From: a virus
Taxonomy: Duplodnaviria > Caudoviricetes
Length of the DNA stretch: 28,080 bases
Direction: 5' to 3' (one strand)
IMG/VR virus record: IMGVR_UViG_3300033067_001342
Span: 1 to 28,080 of that record
The notes below the pieces were generated by a model that saw only the letters and a list, made by a program, of their open reading frames with translations, was not told where the DNA came from and made no database searches. The position numbers and the translations under genes were made by a program. How positions within the stretch are numbered: the first letter of the stretch is position 1; every line of letters begins with the position of its first letter. Shown piece by piece: positions 1 to 6,010 of the stretch.

Positions 1-2
1 GG

Positions 3-782
3 ATTTTCGTGGGGCACTTTGTCTTAGGCGCGGATAAACCCGTCTTAGAGGAAGCGATGAACTGTACGACATCCCTTGAAACCTGGGATGATTCTATGGT
101 GGCCCATTACCTAGCGATGTGTCATCTTGCTAAGAGTCCGGGAAAGACAGACGACGGGGAAGGAGGTCAAGGATTCATGGGCCTTCAGTTCGCAGCCTTC
201 TTCTGGACGAATGTAACAGGCGGGTACAAAGAGTGTCGTGGCTTACATTGTGAAGGTCCTTGTCCGTCCCATGATGTTTTTGGTTATTGCGCCGTCGATG
301 CCTATGTGGGCCTAGAAGCCTTTGACCGCTGCCTAGAATACATGGACACAACCGGAATCCCCCGGAGGGTCTACGAGGAACACAAGGAACTGGCCCTCAA
401 CTTTTGTCTCGCGGCCCAAAAGCGTGGCATGATCGTGGACCTCGAATTCGCGGGAAAGCTTGAGAAAGACATGGAGAAGCGAAAGGAGGAGCTATTCCCA
501 AAGGGTAACAATCGCTTCAACCCCCGTAGTAATGTTCAAGTTCTGGGGTGGTTTAAAAAACATGGGGTAACGCTAGAGGCGAATGATAAAACCACCATAG
601 AATTGACCCTGGAATCGCGTCTATTTGACGATTACGGAATCTCCTCCATAGGGGATGTAACAGAGGAGATGGAATTGGATGAAGTAACTAAGGCGCTCTA
701 TGACCTATACACCTTTAAGGTAATGGGGAAGGGAATAGACGCCTGGATTGCGGATAAGTATATAACCTATGAAGATTCCTAA
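3..782 (+). CDS. polA: DNA polymerase family A, N-terminal part (3'-5' exonuclease + thumb); 5'-truncated by the window edge
   Basis: Frame is open from position 3. ExoII-like IFVGHFVLGAD, ExoIII-like YCAVDA, RGMIVD and the thumb motif FNPRSNVQV are visible. Ends at TAA 780-782, just before PolA motif 2. Confidence 0.85.
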   Translation: MFVGHFVLGADKPVLEEAMNCTTSLETWDDSMVAHYLAMCHLAKSPGKTDDGEGGQGFMGLQFAAFFWTNVTGGYKECRGLHCEGPCPSHDVFGYCAVDAYVGLEAFDRCLEYMDTTGIPRRVYEEHKELALNFCLAAQKRGMIVDLEFAGKLEKDMEKRKEELFPKGNNRFNPRSNVQVLGWFKKHGVTLEANDKTTIELTLESRLFDDYGISSIGDVTEEMELDEVTKALYDLYTFKVMGKGIDAWIADKYITYEDS

Positions 783-1845
783 AGTTCACGCGAGATGGGT
801 ATTCACAGGGGCCTCTACTCTTCGCCTATCATCCTCAGCCCCAAATCTAACCAATGTTCCTAATAGAGGATGGGGGAAACAGGTTAAGAAAATCTTCATC
901 CCGCCGCCCGGTAAAATCTACCTATCCACTGATTCGAGCAATCTGGAGACGCGCATCGTTTTAGACAACTCCGGGATTGATTCGAGGACAATTGAGAAGG
1001 ATGCTTTCGCGTGGCTCGTAAAACAGGCCCCGGAAGCATTTGAACTAGCGGGAAAGATGGCGAATAAATCGCCTCGTGATATGGCCAAAATCGTATCCCA
1101 CGGGTCAAATTACGGGGCAGGGATTAAGCTATTTGATCCATACGAGGTGGGGACGCCTGCGGTTAAGAAATTATTGAATAAGGGGGCACTAGAGATATTT
1201 CCGGACTGGCTTTATTACGGAAAGGTAGTGGGCTTCACCGGGGTAAAGATGGCAGAGATTCTGTTTAGATTAAACACTAAGACACCCTACGAAGAAGCCA
1301 TGGCGTTACGTAAGAAGGCTCTGGAAATCCAACGGTGTTACTTTGACAACTTCCCCATTCGTCAATGGCATCGTAAGATTTTCAAAGAAGCCGAGAGGGG
1401 TTATATACAAACTCGTTGGGGATCTTATCTTGCCCTCATGGAGAGTCCGGTAGAGAATGCTAAGATTGCGGCGGCAAAGATTGGGCAGGGGGAAGGAGCA
1501 GAGTATGTTCAAGGGAAGCAATTAGAGATTCTTCGTAAGGTGTGCGCGTTGGATAGGGATGTGACGATGGACGCCCAGGTACATGATGAGATTCTACTTT
1601 GTATCCCGAAGACATACCCAAAGGGGAATATTAAGGCGATTATCGATATCCTCCATGGGGAATCCCATCGTATCCCTGGGTTCTACTGCCCTTGGAAAAC
1701 GCGCCTTTGCCCTACTTGGGGAACGAAGTTTAAGGACAATTGTTCATGCAAGGTGGGGGCGGAGTTTTACCTTCGTCCTACAGGGAGTGATCTAGTATGG
1801 ACGTGTGAGAAGTGCGAGAGGGAGGAAGAGTTTATGTGGCCGTAA
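769..1845 (+). CDS. polA: DNA polymerase family A, polymerase (palm/fingers) part
   Basis: Motif 2 TLRLSSSAPNLTNVP, motif A STDSSNLETR, motif B RDMAKIVSHGSNYG, motif 6 GQGEGAE and motif C QVHDEI. Lies in the +1 frame relative to the upstream part. Confidence 0.93.
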   Translation: MKIPKVHARWVFTGASTLRLSSSAPNLTNVPNRGWGKQVKKIFIPPPGKIYLSTDSSNLETRIVLDNSGIDSRTIEKDAFAWLVKQAPEAFELAGKMANKSPRDMAKIVSHGSNYGAGIKLFDPYEVGTPAVKKLLNKGALEIFPDWLYYGKVVGFTGVKMAEILFRLNTKTPYEEAMALRKKALEIQRCYFDNFPIRQWHRKIFKEAERGYIQTRWGSYLALMESPVENAKIAAAKIGQGEGAEYVQGKQLEILRKVCALDRDVTMDAQVHDEILLCIPKTYPKGNIKAIIDILHGESHRIPGFYCPWKTRLCPTWGTKFKDNCSCKVGAEFYLRPTGSDLVWTCEKCEREEEFMWP

Positions 1846-1871
1846 GCGGGGAGAGATGAAGGAGATTGAAT

Positions 1872-2129
1872 ATGACTACAAGTGGTAAGATTTACAAGAT
1901 CCGCCATAAGGAAATGGGAAAGTTCAAGTGCGCCGGATATGATGAAAAGTGGAGTAAAAACGGGAAGGTGTGGGGGAGTATGGCCGCACTGAAAGGACAC
2001 CTACATAGAGTGGGACCTAAGCCAGATACAGGTAATTGGGGTACCTACTATATGAATCATCCTATGTGGGAGATTATAGAGTACGACATTACTGGGAAAA
2101 GTGAGCCCAAGGTAATCACACTATGCTGA
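1872..2129 (+). CDS. small hypothetical phage protein
   Basis: AGGAG 7 nt before ATG 1872. The YKIRHK...WSKNGKVW...LKGHL pattern resembles small conserved phage proteins (recollection, not searched). Confidence 0.75.
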   Translation: MTTSGKIYKIRHKEMGKFKCAGYDEKWSKNGKVWGSMAALKGHLHRVGPKPDTGNWGTYYMNHPMWEIIEYDITGKSEPKVITLC

Positions 2130-2371
2130 TGGATTTCAAAGGAACCTGGAAAACGCGCTCAGGTCATGTAGCCACCGTTGATTATGAAAAACATGATAAC
2201 TGGTGGGGCCATGTGGCCGGGAATAGTGGAGATGATTATGTGTTCTGGAATTTAGACGGTAGATGTGAGAATACTGTAACCGTAGGGGAAGAATCTAAAC
2301 GATTAGATTGTTACGATCTCATGGAACGAATCTCAGAGAGATGGTCTAAGGAAAGGAGCGGCGGAGAGTAA
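2123..2371 (+). CDS. hypothetical protein (82 aa)
   Basis: Overlaps the upstream stop (ATGCTGA) and fills the gap in a tightly packed operon. Confidence 0.7.
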   Translation: MLMDFKGTWKTRSGHVATVDYEKHDNWWGHVAGNSGDDYVFWNLDGRCENTVTVGEESKRLDCYDLMERISERWSKERSGGE

Positions 2372-2373
2372 AT

Positions 2374-2403
2374 TTGACGTAACCCCCTGGAAAATGATAC
2401 GAT
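2374..2403 (+). promoter_or_regulatory. sigma70-type promoter
   Basis: TTGACG (2374-2379), 18-nt spacer ending in TGA (extended -10), TACGAT (2398-2403). Sits directly after a stop codon and ahead of AAGGAG. Confidence 0.7.
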
Positions 2404-2429
2404 CTTTAAAGGAGTCCTTTTATACAACG

Positions 2430-2753
2430 ATGCCCAAGAAGATCAAGAAAATCACAACCGAGGGGGATAACCCCACACGTATAACCCGAGATGAAGTACG
2501 AATCTCTTTGAATAACGCAAACGCGCACGCGATGAACTACCTTGAGTGGTATTTAAGGTGCGCCGAGAATCAGATTAAGACGGACGGGAATGGTAAGAAA
2601 ATAACGAAATTGCCGCCCCGAAGGTTTGCCTCGTTTGCCCGTGAGTTGGTGAAGCCACTTATGGAGATGGTAGATGAGCGCCTCATACTGAAAGAGGAAC
2701 TCGTGGTGGCGCTAGTGGCGGGCGCGATTATGGTTCAGCAGCGAGAGAGTTAA
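2430..2753 (+). CDS. hypothetical protein
   Basis: ORF track gives 2394-2753. Start moved to ATG 2430 because 2394 lies inside the promoter and AGGAG is at 2410-2414. Confidence 0.65.
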   Translation: MPKKIKKITTEGDNPTRITRDEVRISLNNANAHAMNYLEWYLRCAENQIKTDGNGKKITKLPPRRFASFARELVKPLMEMVDERLILKEELVVALVAGAIMVQQRES

Positions 2754-2791
2754 AAAATAACCTGAAACGAAGAACGAAGGAGAATCCACGA

Positions 2792-3112
2792 ATGAGTCGG
2801 ATCGTGTCAGAAACGGAGATGTTGGATTTCATTACATTAGATTGGCCCACTATTGAGGTAGATTACTCAGGTGTAGAGGTAACCCGTCTCGAACCCGGCC
2901 AAGGAGCGCACAATATGTTCTTTGGGAAAACCGCCCAAGAAGCGCTTAGGAAGGCTATCCTGACTCCCGCCTTCAAGGGACCATACCCAATGGATTGGAG
3001 GAAGATGACGACGGAAGAGAAGTTAGCCGCAAATGTTGATGGCGCGCCCTTTGATAAAGAATTACTAAAGAAAGAGAATCCACAGATGATGAGTAAAAAC
3101 GACGAATGCTAA
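2792..3112 (+). CDS. hypothetical protein (106 aa)
   Basis: AAGGAG 9 nt upstream; stop overlaps the next start. Confidence 0.7.
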   Translation: MSRIVSETEMLDFITLDWPTIEVDYSGVEVTRLEPGQGAHNMFFGKTAQEALRKAILTPAFKGPYPMDWRKMTTEEKLAANVDGAPFDKELLKKENPQMMSKNDEC

Positions 3113-3918
3113 ATGACACGAAGGTGAAGAAATTCGTAGCCCTTTTCGATATCCACTTCGGATTCGAGAAAAAATACGATGTGCGAAGCGGGCGATTTAA
3201 GGAGAAACCCACCCACGACTTACGTTTCCTCCAACAGATAATGCACTTCGTTAGTGACTTCCGCCCCGACACTGTGATCTTAGGAGGGGATCAATTTAAC
3301 TTCGACACCCTACGGAACAATCGAAGAGGGGAGAAGGAGGCGATTACTCGCGATATCGGGGATATCAAGCGGGCTTATCTTATAGCGAAGGATAACCTCT
3401 TTAACCCCCTCAATCACTACCCTTGGATGAAGAAGGTTGTCATTCGAGGAAACCACGACCAACGCCTTGAACGTTATCTACGTAATAACCCGGAATGGGC
3501 GGGCCTCATCGAACCTCAGGATAATCTCAATCTCATCACGAGTGATTGGGAATGGCTTAATTACGGCGATGTCTACCGGATGGGTAAGTTAAATTTTATC
3601 CACGGTGAGACGTTGAGGTGTAAGGCAGCGGACAGTGCTAAGCTCGCGGCGGCACGTTACCTTAAGAACATTCGTTTTGGTCACTTTCATACCTTCGCGG
3701 CGGCGACCCTCTACTCCGCGATTGATGAGGATATCAAAACTGCCATATCAGTTCCATGCTGTTGTACGCGGGATATGGAGTGGATGGGGAAGTCGCCGAA
3801 TACGTGGATCCAAGGGTTCCTATACGGCTACGTGTGGCCCTCGGGGAATTTCGCGGATTACGTAGTGATAAGGGGGAATAAGGGGGCGTTTGTCGCAGAA
3901 GGGAAGGAGTATAAATAA
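3106..3918 (+). CDS. calcineurin-like metallophosphoesterase
   Basis: All five motifs in order: FDIHFG, LGGDQFN, RGNHD, FIHGE, FGHFH. Confidence 0.92.
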   Translation: MLNDTKVKKFVALFDIHFGFEKKYDVRSGRFKEKPTHDLRFLQQIMHFVSDFRPDTVILGGDQFNFDTLRNNRRGEKEAITRDIGDIKRAYLIAKDNLFNPLNHYPWMKKVVIRGNHDQRLERYLRNNPEWAGLIEPQDNLNLITSDWEWLNYGDVYRMGKLNFIHGETLRCKAADSAKLAAARYLKNIRFGHFHTFAAATLYSAIDEDIKTAISVPCCCTRDMEWMGKSPNTWIQGFLYGYVWPSGNFADYVVIRGNKGAFVAEGKEYK

Positions 3919-3919
3919 G

Positions 3920-4108
3920 GTGATTGGTAAAATCTGCGTCTCCATAACGATGGTAAACTTCCTCGTAAGTGCCTTTCTATGTTACAAAATAGGCACCCAC
4001 GAAGTGACATTAACGAATCTTAATAAAACCCTCTCGGACGTTGTTGCGTTTTGCAATGACATTGGGCCGAAAGTAAACGTTTTGACACAGAAGAAGGATC
4101 AGAAATAA
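3920..4108 (+). CDS. small single-pass membrane protein
   Basis: GTG 3920 with AAGGAG at 3904-3909. Hydrophobic stretch ICVSITMVNFLVSAFLCY followed by a helical tail; TAATG overlap with the next gene. Confidence 0.6.
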   Translation: MIGKICVSITMVNFLVSAFLCYKIGTHEVTLTNLNKTLSDVVAFCNDIGPKVNVLTQKKDQK

Positions 4109-4566
4109 TGACAAAAGAACAATACCACGAGGACCTCGCCCTAAAAGCCTCCAAAGTCCTCCGTACCCTACGAGAGAAGGGTGAAGGTTATAATCCCACC
4201 GAAGGCGACGAATTCGATCCCTTCTATAATTATGCTCTAGGAGGTGAACTCGCAGGAGTGACCCAGGAACAAGCCATGATCTCCCGGATCGGAGAAAAAC
4301 TCGTTCGCCTGGGCACCCTCATCAAACACCCCTCGCGTAAAACAACGGAGACGATGAGTGAAACTGCGCAAGATATCGTGGGAATCTCACTCATGCTCTG
4401 GAAGTCCACAGAAACCCTCTCAGAACCACTTGATGAGCCCGTTTCTACTATCGAAGTAGTAACTCCTGATGTAGTAACTAAGGAAGAAGAATCACCTCTC
4501 GTAAGTGAGGAACTCGTAGAGAAATCCCCCGCCATGCAACTTTTGATGAAATGGATTGGAAAATAA
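4108..4566 (+). CDS. DUF1599/nucleotide-modification-associated domain 1 (MazG-like all-alpha fold) protein with acidic tail
   Basis: LREKGEGY...DPFYNY...G...SRIGEKLVRL...ETMSETAQDIVG follows the family pattern KxxDY..D.f.NF..R..DK..Rl..Es..Dt..Dl..Y, with several substitutions. Confidence 0.7.
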   Translation: MTKEQYHEDLALKASKVLRTLREKGEGYNPTEGDEFDPFYNYALGGELAGVTQEQAMISRIGEKLVRLGTLIKHPSRKTTETMSETAQDIVGISLMLWKSTETLSEPLDEPVSTIEVVTPDVVTKEEESPLVSEELVEKSPAMQLLMKWIGK

Positions 4567-4567
4567 T

Positions 4568-4975
4568 ATGAGAAAACTAGAGGATCACATCGTAAGTGGG
4601 GATCAGGCGGTTCAACTAGAGATTGAAGTAACCGATCAACCAGGACAAGGCGGGGCAAATCATAAATACGAGGTGACCGGATTTGATACATCAAAAAATC
4701 TCTCTAAGGTGGGGGATAATGGGTTTGGTCATGAATTTTCACGGATGGTGGTCCTTTTCCAAAACGGTCCCATTAAGGAATTCGGTGTCAATGGGATCAC
4801 TCAAGAGGCGCTGTTGGCTATTGTGATTGATCGCTTACGTTCCTTTCAATCCCATATCTTTGCTTGTCGCGAAAATGCTATCGCCTTGGAAAAATGTGAG
4901 GAAGCACTAATGTGGCTCCAGCGCCGCACAGTCGCCCGAATCAAGCGCGGAGTTGAAGGCACCCACGAGAAGTAA
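4568..4975 (+). CDS. tad1: Tad1-family anti-defence sponge protein (Thoeris/CBASS signal sequestration)
   Basis: GQGGANHKY, FQNGP..GV, LLAIVIDRLRSFQ..FACRENAIAL...EEALMWLQRR...R..RGVEGT align with the Tad1 consensus GPGGAyH.Y..FQ.G...LL.IV.DRL.sFQ...f.sRENA.ALt..EEALmW...R...R..R.V.Gt. Likely start MRKL at 4568, just after the upstream stop. Confidence 0.9.
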   Translation: MRKLEDHIVSGDQAVQLEIEVTDQPGQGGANHKYEVTGFDTSKNLSKVGDNGFGHEFSRMVVLFQNGPIKEFGVNGITQEALLAIVIDRLRSFQSHIFACRENAIALEKCEEALMWLQRRTVARIKRGVEGTHEK

Positions 4976-5048
4976 CTTAGAACCCTGAGAATAAATGAAA
5001 ATTAACTTACAAGGAGAATCCATGGTGAAACACAAGGGAACATAATGA

Positions 5049-5963
5049 ATGAGTGAGCAAAAGCTCCCGTTGAAAATATCCGATCTCCTCTCCATGACGT
5101 TTCCGCAAAATTCGTTCTGGATTGAGCCCGCGATATTGCCAAAGGGAGGGACCTTGTTATTCGGGGGCGCGGCCAAGACGGGCAAGTCCTTTATTATGTT
5201 AGAGTTAGCGCGAGCCCTTTCAACGGGCACCCGTCCCTTCTCTTCCTCCATTTTCTCAGTTCCGGGGAAGGCGAAGGTCTTAGTTATAGAACAGGAACTG
5301 GGGGAAAGGGAGTCACAGAGTCGGTATTCAAATCTACTAAAGAACACCCGCCCAAGTGCGTATAACGATTATCTCTATAACCTCTCCAAGGTGCCTTCGA
5401 TGCAGTTAAATTCTAACGAGGGGCTTAAGTACCTCTATGATGCGATAGATCACGTTCAACCAAATGTGGTCATCCTAGATCCCATCTCAATGTTCCATGG
5501 GTTTGATGAGAATTCAAATACTGAGATCGGGGATCTTTTCAAGAGACTTGAGAAGATTAAGGGGGCGTTCTCTCACCTCTCACTTTCGCTGATTCTCTCT
5601 CACCACTTTAAGAAGCCCTCGGTGGGGCCGTATAAAACGGATACGCTCTCACCTTATAACTTCTCCGGTAGTCAACGGTGGTTTAATACCCCCGATACCC
5701 TAGCTACGTTCCATCGGGGGAAGACTTTGAAGGACAAGAGCGGGTGGTTTCTAGACAGTCGATGGATACCGCGAATGGGGAAACAACTTGACGATATTAC
5801 CTTCTTGATTCGCCCCGAGGATGAAGACTGCCAAGTCCAAGTCCACAGTGGGGGAGGGGATAAGGATGGAGCGTGCGGGCCTACTACCCTGGGTAACACG
5901 TCCTCCTCTAAGTTACCATTTGTGGTATCGCGAGAGAGGGAGAAGGAAAGAGAGATAGATTAA
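5049..5963 (+). CDS. SF4/RepA-like (AAA_25) DNA helicase without fused primase
   Basis: Walker A GGAAKTGKS, catalytic VLVIEQE, Walker B VVILDPI, LSHHFKK and FSGS motifs. Confidence 0.88.
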   Translation: MSEQKLPLKISDLLSMTFPQNSFWIEPAILPKGGTLLFGGAAKTGKSFIMLELARALSTGTRPFSSSIFSVPGKAKVLVIEQELGERESQSRYSNLLKNTRPSAYNDYLYNLSKVPSMQLNSNEGLKYLYDAIDHVQPNVVILDPISMFHGFDENSNTEIGDLFKRLEKIKGAFSHLSLSLILSHHFKKPSVGPYKTDTLSPYNFSGSQRWFNTPDTLATFHRGKTLKDKSGWFLDSRWIPRMGKQLDDITFLIRPEDEDCQVQVHSGGGDKDGACGPTTLGNTSSSKLPFVVSREREKEREID

Positions 5964-6010
5964 AAAATAACCCCCAAGGGCCTTACAGGGGCTTCTGGGG
6001 GTTTTCTTTT
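5962..6010. terminator. bidirectional intrinsic terminator between the convergent arms
   Basis: AAAAAATAACCCCCA...TGGGGGTTTTCTTTT: GC-rich imperfect stem with an A-tract on the left and a T-tract on the right, between two facing stop codons. Confidence 0.88.

Noticed and set aside
766-782. Intron or intein as the cause of the polymerase split
   Set aside because: There is no intervening sequence; the two parts abut with a 1-nt offset.
1856-1888. 10-aa ORF MKEIEYDYKW
   Set aside because: The SD-like sequence is too close to the ATG, and the ORF overlaps the better-supported RBS and start of 1872-2129.
4230-5347. Antisense ORFs 4230-4694 and 4907-5347
   Set aside because: They are shadows of well-supported + strand genes and show no motifs.
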